64,000 nt of DNA. It comes from an uncultured delta proteobacterium (GTDB lineage: Bacteria > Desulfobacterota > Binatia > UBA9968). The stretch's first letter is position 1, and every line of letters begins with the position of its first letter. The position numbers were made by a program, and so were the translations under genes. The notes beneath the pieces were generated by a model. It did no database searches and was not told the DNA's origin. It saw nothing but the letters and a program-made list of their open reading frames with translations. The stretch covers positions 190,120-254,119 of the forward strand of contig CAWDPO010000035.1 of NCBI GenBank assembly GCA_963804165.1. The letters are read 5' to 3'. Positions 31,427-42,951 of this stretch are shown in pieces.

Positions 31427-33496
31427 CTATCCAGAGAGGTTTAACCACGTTAAAAGTGTGCCTTCAGGAAAAGGCAGGTGGAGAAAGTAATCGAACAAGC
31501 CGTAAAAAATGGCTCCGGCTATCAGACTCAATGGAATGCTAACCGACCATTTCTCACCGCCGGCAAGTCGAAAATAGAGAAAGCATGCAACCGGCACGGC
31601 GATTGGAAAGCCTAAGAGCCAAATGGCAAGAAAAAAACCTAAGATCCAAGCGACGATGGAGAAGGCGCGACGGCGCACAACGGCCGGTTCGAGGGGAGAT
31701 GAAGTTTCGCCGGGATTTGCTGCGTCGGTCTTGTGTCGCAGAACATTGAAAAGTTCCTGGCCAAAAGCCCACAGGGCCAAAGCCAGACAGGGAATGCCGA
31801 GAACCATCGGGAAAGAGAGCGGCGCGCTCTTCCATTGGGCGGATCTCGAAATAAATCTCGCGCAGCACATAGATAAACAGCCCGACAAAGAAAAGCGCAA
31901 AGAGCGGTCGATAAACCGGGCTGCTGATCAGCGTGATCTCAGGGTCCGGCGCCGATTCCGGGAGCGCCGGTAGGGGTTTGCTTCTTCTCACGCAGGATCT
32001 GGCGAATGGAGTAAAAAATCGCTCCGATGATGAAAACGGCAATGATAAGGACTCCCGGGTGCAGGAGCCAGTCGAATCCATATGCCCTGGTGGAGATCCA
32101 GAAGTTTCTTTCCGTGATGGTTCCCAATACCAGGCCTACGAGCAAAGGCGGCCGCTGCCAATCGAACTGGACCATGAGCCAACCGAGCGCGCCGAAAATC
32201 AGCACCATGATCATGTCGCCGAAGCTATTTTTGACGGTGAATCCGCCGAGGTAAATGAGCAGGAGAAGGAAGGGAATGAGTAGCGATCCTCTTATGTTGG
32301 TGATCTTTGCCAATTGTTTGAGAAAAAGAAAACAAACAGCAACCGTGATGATGTTGGAGACGATAATAATCCAGACGAAGGAAAAGGTGAGCGTGAGATG
32401 TTTCGCCGGATTCAGCATGTCTGGGCCCGGCACGATCCCCTGGATGAGGAAGGCGCCAAACAAAATCGCGGTCGAGACACTGCTCGGAATGCCAAAGGCT
32501 ACGGTGGTGATCAGATCGCCGCCACGGGTGGAGTTATTGGCGGCTCCGGGGCCGAGCACTCCTTCGACCGCGCCTTTGCCAAAGCGCTCCTTGTCAGGTG
32601 AACTCTGAACTGCGTAAGCGTATGCTACCCACTGCGCCGTGCCCCCGCCAACACCTGGAAGTATGCCTACGTACGCGCCGAGCGCGCTGCACTTGAGAAC
32701 CAGCCACCAGTGGCGGAAGGTATCTTTCACGCCCTCCATGACACCGCCGAGCTTTCCAACTTGCTCCCGGGCAATGCTCGTTCCCTTGATGGCCAAGTCG
32801 ATAATCTCCGGGATGGCAAACAGTCCTATGGTCACGGCAACGAGAGCGATGCCGTCCCACAAAAAGATCGACGGCCCTAGTCCCAGGATCCCCTCAAAAG
32901 TGAAGCGCGGGACGCCCCGTATAGGGTCCAGAGCCGATGGTAGAAATCATTAGCCCGAGGCCCCCGGCCATGAGACCCTTGACGATGTTCCCCCCGCTCA
33001 GTGATCCAACAAAGGTGATAGCCAGAACGGCGAGCATGAAGAATTCCGGAGAACCGATGGAGAGGACCAGCGGGGCGGCAATAGGGATCGCCAACGCCAA
33101 GACCAAGGCGCCGAAAATGGCGCCGACCAAGGAACTCATCAAGGCTGCGCCCAGGGCTCGCCCGGCTTCTCCCTTCTTGGCCATTGGGTGACCATCGACA
33201 ATGGTGGAAGCTGTGGTGCCTTCACCTGGGACGCCGAAAAGGATCGAGGTAATATCTCCGGTCGTAGCGGTTACCGCGTTTGCCCCCAAGAGAAAGGCGA
33301 AGGCCGATGTGGGATCCATTTTGTAGATGAATGGGAGCATGAGAGCCAAGGTTGCGGCGCCTCCCAAGCCGGGCAGAATGCCGACCCAGAAACCGATAAA
33401 GATTCCCACCAGCATGAATAAAAACGCCTGCTGGCCTTGGTTGGTAAAAGGCAAGATGTTGATCAGGGCATTATAAAACGCGTCGATGTATTCCAT
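31427..33496 (-). CDS. tctA: Tripartite tricarboxylate transporter TctA with apparently fused C-terminal TctB-like domain (frameshifted)
   Basis: GILPGLG, GVPGEGTTASTIVDGHPMAKKGEAG, GILPGVG, AANNS, GIPSS; downstream TctB-like ALFP...LFDYFLHLPFPEG without its own start codon. Confidence 0.85.
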
Positions 33497-33510
33497 ATAA
33501 CTTCGCTGAG

Positions 33511-34558
33511 CTACTTTTTCGGCTTGGTGATTAGGAAGTCGAGAAGTTCTTTGGCCCTGGGAGTGACCGCCAGGACTTTGTCCACGTATTTGTCGACTTC
33601 TTCCCCTGAGACGTAGGTTATTTCCAACTTGGATTTTTTCGCTTCAGCGATAAACTCGGGGTCCTTCATGGTGTCGGCGAAGCCTTTGCGCAGAAGTTGG
33701 AGCCGCTCCTTCGGCGTGCCTGGTGGAACCATAAAGGGACGCTGAAACTCGAAAGTCCCGACCCAAGTGTTATAAGCGGAAAGGTTATCCTCGCCCTTGA
33801 TGATTTCCGGAATGAGCGGAAGGTCTTTTACTTCAGGGTCCGGACTCCCGGCGATGGATCAAAAACGGGATCAGCTTGTCATCGCCTTTCGCGTCCAACA
33901 GCGCTCTGCCAGTAGTCCGCGCCGACTCCCAGCCCCAGCAACCGCCGTCCACTTCCTTTCTGCGCATGGCAACGAGGATCGGACCGGTTCCTTCATAGCC
34001 GCTGACCACTTTGAACTTCGTCCCTATGGTCTGGTTCAATATCTTAGGCGTATCGTCGTAGGTCGACCCGGGTCCGGTAGAACCCATCTTGATCTCTCGA
34101 TTGGTGGCGAGCACGTCCTTGAGGGTTTTGAGTCCGGTGTGGGTCATGATGCTGCAATGAGGCGTGCCTATGGTTGGAGCGCCGACCCAGCCGAACTTGC
34201 GCGCATCGAAGCGCATGGCTTTATCGCCAAGAGCCTGACGCAGGACGAGGGCGCTATTCCAGATCCCGACGAACAAACCATCGGGTTTGGCGCTGTTAAA
34301 GGTATAGTTCGCCGCAATAAGGCTCCCGGCGCCGGTCATATTCTCAACAACGATGGTGGGATTGCCGGGAATATGCTTGCCAATGTGCCGCCCGACGGTC
34401 CGAGCCGAGAGATCGTAGCCGCCGCCAGGCGCCAATCCCACGACAAAACGGATCGTCTTGCCCTTGTAGAAATCATCGGCCGATGATTGAGAAGTAACCG
34501 TAACAGTGAGAACCAAGCTCGCTACCACAGCCATGGGTAGCCACAATTTCCCCTTCAT
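33511..34558 (-). CDS. TctC/Bug family substrate-binding protein (frameshift near 33840)
   Basis: Close paralogue of the next two genes. Confidence 0.87.
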
Positions 34559-34617
34559 GATCTCCTCCTCCTTAATTATGACTAAGAGACTAGTAGCCGG
34601 CCAATTTCCGGCTGCGC

Positions 34618-35670
34618 TTATTTTTTTGGCTTGGTCAATAAGAAGCTAAGAAGCTCTTTTGCCTTCGGAGTGATCGACAACATCTCCTCCACGTACTTTT
34701 CAATCTCTTCTCCTGAGGTGTGAGTTACTTCCAGCTTCACTTTTTTAGCCTCGGCTAAAAACTCCGGGTCTGTCAAAGTATCGGCGAAGGCTTTACGCAA
34801 GAGCTGAACGCGTTCCTTGGGCGTTGCCGGCGGCACGCTGTAGGGGCGCTGAAATTCGTAAGTCGCGACCCAGGTTTTATAGGCCGTGAGCTTGTCCGGA
34901 TCCTTTTTCAAGACATCTGGAATGAGCGGGAGGTTTTTTACTTCCGGTTCTTCCCACCTGCGGTGAATGAGATAAGGGATCAATCTTTCATCCCCCTTCG
35001 CCTCGAGCATGGGTCGAGCGGTCGTTCTCATCGATTCCCAGGTCCAGCAACCACCGTCCACTTCCTTCCTGCGCATGGCGACAAGGATCGTGCCGGTGCC
35101 CTCATAGCCGGAGATCACCTTGAACTTGGTTCCTAGAGTCAGGTTCAACATCATCGGCAGATCTTCATAGGTTGACCCTGGTCCGGTGGCGCCCATCTTT
35201 ATTTCTCGATTTGCGGCGACAATTTCATCCAGACTCTTTAATCCGGTGTAGGCCATGATGCCGCAAACGGGCGTTCCCTTCGTTGGAGAGCCGATCCAGC
35301 CTAGCTTGCGACCGTCGAGCCTTATGGCTTTATCACCAAGGGCCTGACGCAAGATCAGGGCGCCATTCCAGGTCCCGACGAATAAGCCATCCGGTTTGGC
35401 GCTGTTGAAGGTATAGTTCGCCGCAATGAGGCTCCCGGCGCCGGTCATATTCTCAACCACGATGTTGGGATTGCCGGGAATATGCTTACCCATGTGACGC
35501 GCTATGGTCCGAGCCGAGAGATCGTAGCCTCCGCCGGCCGCCTGTCCCACAACAAACCGGATCGTCTTGCCCTTATAGAAGTCATCTGCCGATAATTGAG
35601 CAGGAGTCGTGACGGATAAAACGAAGCCTGTTGCTACTACCGTTGTGAGTAGCCATGATTTCGCTTTCAT
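34618..35670 (-). CDS. TctC/Bug family substrate-binding protein
   Basis: FYKGKTI, GGGYD, ENMTGAGS, EVDGGCW. Confidence 0.92.
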   Translation of the reverse strand: MKAKSWLLTTVVATGFVLSVTTPAQLSADDFYKGKTIRFVVGQAAGGGYDLSARTIARHMGKHIPGNPNIVVENMTGAGSLIAANYTFNSAKPDGLFVGTWNGALILRQALGDKAIRLDGRKLGWIGSPTKGTPVCGIMAYTGLKSLDEIVAANREIKMGATGPGSTYEDLPMMLNLTLGTKFKVISGYEGTGTILVAMRRKEVDGGCWTWESMRTTARPMLEAKGDERLIPYLIHRRWEEPEVKNLPLIPDVLKKDPDKLTAYKTWVATYEFQRPYSVPPATPKERVQLLRKAFADTLTDPEFLAEAKKVKLEVTHTSGEEIEKYVEEMLSITPKAKELLSFLLTKPKK

Positions 35671-35720
35671 GATGCTCCTCCTGTCGATGCGCGCACTTGC
35701 CGGGAAATTTTCCGCACCGG

Positions 35721-36767
35721 TTATGTTTTTGGCTTGACCATTAAGAAGTCGAGAAGCTCTTTGGCTTTGGGAGTCACAGAGAGGACGTTAGCCACATACT
35801 TCTCGACCTCTTCTCCGGATACGTAAGTGGCGTCGAACTTTGATTTTTCCGCTTCAGCTACAAACTCCGGGTCCTTCATGGTGGCAGCGAAAGCTTTACG
35901 CAGGAGCTGCAGCCGTTCTTTAGGTGTGCCGGGTGGAACACTAAAGGGACGTTGGAATTCGTAAGTTCCAGACCAAGTCCGATAAGCGGAAAGGTTGTCC
36001 TCGCCTTTGATTATCTCTGGAATCAGCGGAAGGTCCTTTACCTCAGGATCCGGCTCTTTGGTATGGATGAGAAACGGGATCAGCTTGTCGTCGCCTTTTG
36101 CGTCCAGCATAGGCCGGGCAGTGGTACGCGCCGATTCCCAGGTCCAACAACCGCCGTCCACTTCCTTTCTGCGCATGGCCACGAGGATCGTGCTCGTGCC
36201 CTCATATCCACTAATAACCTTGAACTTTGTCCCTTGGGTCCGGTTCAATATCTGAGGCATGTCGTCATAGGTGGAGCCCGGTCCGGTTGAACCCATTTTG
36301 AGCTCTCGGTTGGCGGCAAGGACATCCTTCCATGATTTCAACCCGGTATGGGCCATGATGCTACAAAAAGGCGTGCCTTTGGTGGGAGCGCCGATCCACC
36401 CTAGCTTGCGGCCATCGAACCTGATGGCTTTGTCGCCGAGGGCCTGGCGCAGCACATAGGCGCTATTCCAGATGCCTACGAATAAACCGTCCGGCTTGGC
36501 GCTGTTAAAAGTGTAGTTCGCCGCGATAAGACTCCCGGCGCCGGTCATGTTTTCGACGACTATGGTTGGATTGCCCGGTATATGCTTGCCGATATGTCGT
36601 CCGACGATTCGAGCCGACAGGTCATAGCCCCCGCCAGCCGCAAAACCGACGACAAAGCGAATCGTTTTGCCTTGGTAAAACTCATTGGCATGGAGCTTCT
36701 GAATCGCTCCCACTAACAGAGCAAGCCCGATCAGGCTGCCTACCAGCCAATGTATTTTTGCTTTCAT
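35721..36767 (-). CDS. TctC/Bug family substrate-binding protein
   Basis: FYQGKTI, GGGYD, ENMTGAGS, EVDGGCW. Confidence 0.92.
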   Translation of the reverse strand: MKAKIHWLVGSLIGLALLVGAIQKLHANEFYQGKTIRFVVGFAAGGGYDLSARIVGRHIGKHIPGNPTIVVENMTGAGSLIAANYTFNSAKPDGLFVGIWNSAYVLRQALGDKAIRFDGRKLGWIGAPTKGTPFCSIMAHTGLKSWKDVLAANRELKMGSTGPGSTYDDMPQILNRTQGTKFKVISGYEGTSTILVAMRRKEVDGGCWTWESARTTARPMLDAKGDDKLIPFLIHTKEPDPEVKDLPLIPEIIKGEDNLSAYRTWSGTYEFQRPFSVPPGTPKERLQLLRKAFAATMKDPEFVAEAEKSKFDATYVSGEEVEKYVANVLSVTPKAKELLDFLMVKPKT

Positions 36768-36987
36768 AGGTTGCCTCCTAAAGGATTACTTAAGCGATTC
36801 CCATTGGGGATCGATGTCGTTCGGCACAGCCATCTTTTGCGCTGCCAATTCTAAATTTTCCGGCGCGTGTGACTTAAATATTCACCAGCCAAGCCCGATC
36901 CTTATCCAGGCTTCCCCGACAGTGCCGGACCCCAGGAAAAATTGCGTTGCAAACCCATTCAATCTCGACGCGAACTATATCGCCGTA

Positions 36988-37375
36988 CTATTTGGCCCGT
37001 CCTTTTTTGCCTTTGGTTGAATCCAGGTGCGTTTGGAACTCGCTGAGGGTGAAAATCGGTATTTCGGGAATGGCGCGCGCAATGATTGCCTGCGCGGCTG
37101 CATTTGGGTCCGAAGACTGCCGGATCAATGAAGAACAATTACCGGCATCGATGGTTTGATATCCCGCAGATTTAAAATCGTTTCGACTAAGTCCATCTGT
37201 TCGCCCGTCGAAAGAAGAATGGCGGTGTCAAACGTGTTGTGGCGAATTGTTCCCAAGCGCCTTGTTTCCATCGCGGACTTTCGTCAATCGGCATCCAGAA
37301 TTGGCAAGTTGACTTTCCACTTCCGCACAACGTCGCGCACAAACGAGCAAGGTCTTACCGAACCGGCGGGGCAAG
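36988..37375 (-). CDS. Atypical receiver-domain-like small protein (frameshifted, start uncertain)
   Basis: Manual reading across frames: [44 protein letters not shown]. Confidence 0.4.
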
Positions 37376-37511
37376 CTAAAATTCGAGACCGAGCACCGCT
37401 AATCGCTCCGGGGTTGAAGCACTCCGAATTCCAGAGGCCCGCGTTACGACAGAAGACGTTTCAGAGCGCTGATCTTTGTCTCGGCAAAGGCCGGCCTCGC
37501 AGTGGGAGGAG

Positions 37512-37527
37512 AGCAATAAAAGTGCCA
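37512..37527 (-). promoter_or_regulatory. Sigma54 (-24/-12) promoter
   Basis: Minus strand TGGCACTTTTATTGCT, a full match to TGGCAC-N5-TTGCW. Confidence 0.75.
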
Positions 37528-37738
37528 GCAGTCTAGATGTTGGACGAGTCGCGATAATGCGCGGCTCCATAAGGAAAATGTTTTCAGCAGCAGGAAAAAG
37601 CGTCGCTTCGCAGTGTGCAAAGAACTCACACGTCGTGCGGGACGAGTACGAATACTTTACACGGCCGAAACGTCGATGCGAAGGGAGGAAGAGGCGAGGA
37701 AAGCGACTTTAAAGGAAGTTTCGCGATCTCGTTGCCCA

Positions 37739-39107
37739 TCACAGGGGTCCGTGTTTTTTGAGTTTATCGTAAAGAGCCCGTCGACTGATGCCGAGTCGTT
37801 GGGCCGCCTCTTTTTTGTTGCCCTGAGTGGCTGCAAGAGTCATGCGGATGAATTCGCGCTCGACGGCTATCAAGAGTCATGCCTGTGTGGATGGGGCATG
37901 GGTTGAGCCGGAGCGATTTGTTTGTGTGGTGTCTAGCGTCCTTATTCTTAGTGGCAGAAGGTCAGGGGTCAGCTCTTCTCCCTTCGCCATCAGGACTGCG
38001 CGCTGAATGACGTTTTTCAGTTCCCGTACGTTTCCCGGCCAGGAATAGTTCCGAAGACAAGGCCAGGTATCTTTGGCGATGGCACGCACATTTTTTTTAT
38101 AGATGGCATTAAAATGAGGCACGAAATGATTGGTCAGAAGCGCCACGCCGCCGGGGCGCTCTCGAAGAGCCGGCACGTGAATGCGAAAAACGTCAAGACG
38201 ATAGAAAAGATCCTCTCGAAATCTTTTCTGTTTGACCGCTTCTTCCAGATTTTCGTTGGTCGCCGCGATAACCCGAACATTGGCGCAGATATCTTTTTCG
38301 CCTCCAACTCTCGGAATGTCTTGGTCTCCAGAACTCTCAGGAGGCTCACTTGGGCCTTCTCGTTGATCGTGCTGATTTCATCCAGGAAGATCGTCCCGCC
38401 GTGGGCTTCCTCAAAGTACCCTTTCGCCGTTCCCACGGCATTGGTGTAGGCGCCTTTTTCGTGGCCGAACAGTTCGCTGGCGATCAATTCGGATGACATC
38501 GCACCTGTGTTGACAGCGATGTAAGGGCCGCTCTTTCGCATGCTTCTTTTGTGAATGGCCGCCGCGACCATGTCCTTGCCTGTGCCGGTTTCACCGGTGA
38601 TCAACACCGATATGTCCTCTGTCGCAGCCCTATGATTCTTTGAAATACATCCTGCATGGGCAAGCTGACTCCCAGCATGCCTTCGAATTCTAGAGGCATC
38701 GAAGTTTCGTGATGGCTGATAACGCTGTTGCCGGAGGCTTGCTGGAGAAACGCCTGGGTGACGAGAGCGCAGATCTCATCGTCTTGCACCGGACGCGTCA
38801 GGGTGCGGTGGGCGTAGGCTCTGAGACGATCGAGGCCAATGGGACTGGCCCATGGATCAGTAACGACAATGATGTAGGTGCGACTTGAATTTTTTGTCAG
38901 CCGGTCCAGCAGCTCCAGGCCCTTGGACTGTTCTGTTTTGGAAGTAACTGCGTCCCAGATGAGAACGTCATATCCTGTTGCCATGAACTGTTCCCTGGCT
39001 TGGTCGATAACGGGCACGCTGTCGACCAAAATGGATTCGCCAACGAACCGCTCTTTCAGCAGCGCTTGAATCGTAGCCTTCTTTTCAATCACTAAGACTT
39101 TTGACAT
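37739..39107 (-). CDS. Sigma54-dependent response regulator (REC-AAA+-Fis HTH), frameshifted
   Basis: GETGTGKD, ELFGHEKGAYTNA, FLDEI, YSWPGNVRELKN, QGNKKEAAQRLGISRRALYDKL. Confidence 0.88.
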
Positions 39108-39354
39108 AGGCCAAGCCCGCAACCCTATTATCAAATCGGATTGGCTTGGGCTAGTCCCTCCATTGCAGATCAAAAGTGATTGTCAGAATTGGCAAAGAAA
39201 CCTAGACGCCCCGTCGGACGTGAATGAAACCAAGTTGATTGGATTGGACGTGTGGATGAAAGCGAAAGGAAATGCTGGGAAAGGGAGACTGCTCCTGCAA
39301 TGGAACGCTTAATCCAAATCTCGCGCGCATGCTTAATCCTTCCGACTGATAATG

Positions 39355-39984
39355 TTATCGCCTTCTGAATCATTTCCAGTATCTGGTCGGTCGTTCGGAC
39401 CCGTGCCATGCGCGGAAAGACGGTATTCATAAAAGCCGCCATGGAGTCTTCATGGGAATTGCTGCAGGCGTCGCGACGACGATAATGTTATAGTCGTGAG
39501 TCGCGCGCCGAGTAGACCGTGGAAGCTACGCCGACGTCGACGGCGCCGCCGGAAATAATGATCGTGTCGATACTGCGGGAGCGCAGCGCCAAATCAAAAT
39601 AGGTCTGGTGAAAAGTGCTCCAGCGAAATTTTGGAATAATGTAGTCTTCCGGGCGGGGTGCGATTTCTTCGATAACTTTCTGCTCCCAACGAGCCTTCGT
39701 CGCGCCGTGAACGGTCGGATTGCAATCGTCGTTGGGCCAAGGGCGAAGCCGCATGTCGGTGTCGGTGACGATCAAGCTGCGACTCTCGCCGTCGGGCCGG
39801 TGGTTGGCCATGGCGTAGAAGATCGGTATCGAATTTGCCGCGCCGCATTCATCAGGCGAACAGCGTTATCGACCACCGGCTTCATTCGCTTTTGCGTCTC
39901 TTCCGAAGCGCCGCGATAGTAGACGTTCAGCATGTCGAAGAAGAGCAGGCCGGTTTTCTTAACGTCGAGTTCGTTGACGTTCAT
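39355..39984 (-). CDS. Isochorismatase / cysteine hydrolase family protein (frameshifted; 3' end approximate)
   Basis: LLFFDMLN, IPKFRWSTF, IIISGGAVDVGVASTVYSARD, FPRMARVRTT. Confidence 0.8.
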
Positions 39985-40010
39985 GGATAAGCTCTCCTAT
40001 TCGATGAGAA

Positions 40011-40078
40011 TGGAATTGGAGTGATGGAGTATTGGAGTAATGGGTTTAAGAATCATACTTCAGTGCTCCAGGCATCCA
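40011..40078. repeat. TGGAGTAA-type octamer repeats with degenerate inverted counterpart
   Basis: tggagtga tggagtat tggagtaa tggg ... tacttcag tgctccag catcca. Confidence 0.55.
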
Positions 40079-40099
40079 TGCAATTGCGATTGGGTTATT

Positions 40100-40964
40100 C
40101 TACGCGCATTCGATCTCCCACCAGTTGCGGTTCAGGTCGCAGAGCAAGAACGATTGGCCGGTTCGCTTTCTTGGATGCGACTCATTTCGTGGATGCCGAA
40201 TTCTAAGCGTCGTGCATCCAGCGCGTTGCGAGCTTCGCTGAGCTTCGCGGGAGCTTCGACCGCTATCGTGAACCGCTGCAGAACGCCGAGGTATTTGCGA
40301 CTTCGTTCCGGCACCTCCAGGCTCACGACGTACCATGGCTTCGAGGAATGTTTGATGTTGTGCGGTTTTGGCGTCGTTACGTGGGTGATCATCTCCATGC
40401 AAGCCCTTCCGTGTAGAACTTGACAGATGACTGCCAATTATTGCATTCGATCGTGCCGTGCGTGAATGCCTGAGGGATGTATCCTCTGCCGGGAAATCTT
40501 TCTTCGGTAAGCGGCGCGGCCCAGGGATAGGACACGTCGTAAGACAATCCGGCTTCGTGACGATGTTGATACGACTCTATTTCCCAATAATTGCCTCCTG
40601 GCTCGACGAAGAATACGGAATATGAACCGGGGCGCTCATTGCGCATGACGACTTTCTTCAAGCCCAGTTCAGCTTTTCTTGCCGTCAAATATTGGTAAGC
40701 CCGGTCCACTTCTTCGTTATTCGTCACGCGCACGCCGTAGTGATTGCGAAAGGGTTTATCCTCCACGTCCGGTCCGCTTTCGTGAACGACAAGCAACCAC
40801 TCCGTGTTGGGATGCTTCATTGTCGCTTCTTTATCGCGACGATCGACGGTTTCCAGAGCGAGCAGTTCCGACAGGACTGGTAGCGATTCGTCCAACGAGT
40901 GACACTCGTAATGTCCTTTGACGATACCCAGCGATTCAACCGCGGGCTTTGACGAAGCTGACAT
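40100..40964 (-). CDS. Two-domain VOC (glyoxalase/extradiol dioxygenase-like) protein, frameshifted
   Basis: GHYEC, NHYGVRV, FVEPGGNYWEIE, THGTIEC, DLNRNWWEI. Confidence 0.8.
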
Positions 40965-41086
40965 GGCAACCTCCGCAATTACTTCTTCGCGACTCCCAGT
41001 TTTTCGACCGCTCGTTGGACTAAGGAGGAGGCGAGATACCGGCGCGCTGCGCACAGGGCACGAGCGAGGCGCTGAGCATGACGGGC

Positions 41087-41956
41087 TCAATTCGCTAGCG
41101 AAGCGATTTCCCACCAGTTGCGGTCCAGATCGCATATCAGAAAAGAATGGCCGCCGGAATCTCTTTGATTGGCTCGATAGTAGTCGCACCAAACTCCTCG
41201 CAACGCTCGTTCATCTCGCGGTGCGCTTCAGCGAGCGCCGCGCGGGACTCGACCGCAACGGTGTAGCGCTGGAGCGCCGTCAGATAATGTTTGTTCTTCG
41301 CCGGCACTTCCAGACTCACGACGTACCATGGAAATGAGGGATGTTTGAATCGTGGGGTCTGACCGTCGGCACATGGGTGATCACGTCGAGGCCGAGGCCT
41401 CCCTGGTAGAATTTGATCGATGCGCCAGATCGGTGCACTCCATCGTGCCGTGGGTCATCGCCTGTGGAATGTAGCCGCAGCCGGGGAGACGTCTCTTCGG
41501 TGAGCTCGGTCTTCCAGGGATAGGCGATGTGTTCGGGCAGGCCGGCTTTGTGGCGGTTCTCGTAAGATTCGATCTCCCAGTAGTTGCCGCCGGGCTCGAC
41601 GAAGAACATCGAATACGAACCGGCGCGCTCTTTGCGTTTGACGACTTTCTTGAGTCCGAGTTTCTCTTTGTTGGCGAGCAAGATATTGGTAGGCGTTGTC
41701 GACTTCCTCATTGTTGGATACGCGCACGCCGTAGTGATTGCGCTCGGGCTTGTCTTTGACCTCCGGCCCGCCTTCGTGAAGGATCAGTTTCCAGCCGGTA
41801 TTCGGGTGCTTCAGCGCGGCTTCACGTCGCGCCGTTCGATCAGCTCCAGAGCCAACACGGCGTCAGAACGGGAATCGTCTCATCAAGGTAGCGGCACTCG
41901 CTGTGGCCGTGGACGAGCCCCGTGGGTTTAATGACAGGATTTTACTCGGCTGACAT
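41087..41956 (-). CDS. Two-domain VOC protein, paralogue of 40100-40964, frameshifted
   Basis: NHYGVRVSNNEEVD, FVEPGGNYWEIE, THGTMEC, DLDRNWWEI. Confidence 0.8.
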
Positions 41957-41994
41957 GGCAGTTGCTCCTTCCGTCAGCAGGTTGCGAGACGTGC

Positions 41995-42951
41995 TCATTC
42001 GGCGACGATGCGGTTTCGCAGCCGGCCGACGTTTTCGACTTCGGCCTCGACGACGTCCCCTGGTTTTAGCCACCATGGCGGCTTGATCCGGTTTTCGTCC
42101 CGCGGCGACGCCGCGTGGCGTGCCCGTGGTCAGGACATCTCCCGGATTGAGCCCCATCTGCGACCAGTAGGAGATCATGTCGCGAATTTTGAAGATCATG
42201 TAGCTCAAGATTCGAATCTTGGCGCATTTCGCCGTTGACGGACAGTCTCAATTTCAAGTTCTGCGGATCGGGGATTTCGTCCGCCGTGACAAGATAGGGA
42301 CCCATGGGCGCGAAACCGGGAAAACTTTTACCCATCAGATGAATGCCGTTTTGTTCTCTCCGCGTATGACGTCGCGGGCGCTGATGTCGTTAAACGCCGC
42401 GTAGCCGGCGACGTAATCCAGCGCTCGTCTTCACCCACATCGACGCAGGGTTTGCCGATGACGATGGCGAGCTCGACTTCATAGTCTAAATTTTTCACTT
42501 CCGGCGGATGGGGGATATCATCTGCGGGGCCGATTACCGTGCCGGGGAGTTTGAGAAAAGCCACCGGCTCGCGTCGGGCCTTTTTTCGAAGCCATTTCGG
42601 CGACGTGGTCGGAAAAATTCTTCCCGGCTGAGACCAGTGCGCCGGGCCGCGGCACGGGAGCCATCAAACGTACTTGCTGTCGATCGAGGATCGATGCCGT
42701 GCGTCGGGGTTCGGATTTGCGCTGACATGGGTCACGGCTTTGCGCGCGGCGTCCAAGGCTTGCCGCCGCGCTTCAAAAATTCCACCATGTCACGGCCGAG
42801 AGTTACCCTCGCCAATTCGTCACCTGCTGGGTTGGACTCGGCTTCGTTCAGATAGGACGCGTAGGACTTATGCAAGTCGACAACGCGTCCAGCGTCGTCG
42901 ACGGCGCCGATGCGTTCTTGGTGCTGATAGCACAAATGTTACGAGTTTCAT
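41995..42951 (-). CDS. Fumarylacetoacetate hydrolase family protein, frameshifted
   Basis: [42 protein letters not shown]. Confidence 0.85.
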
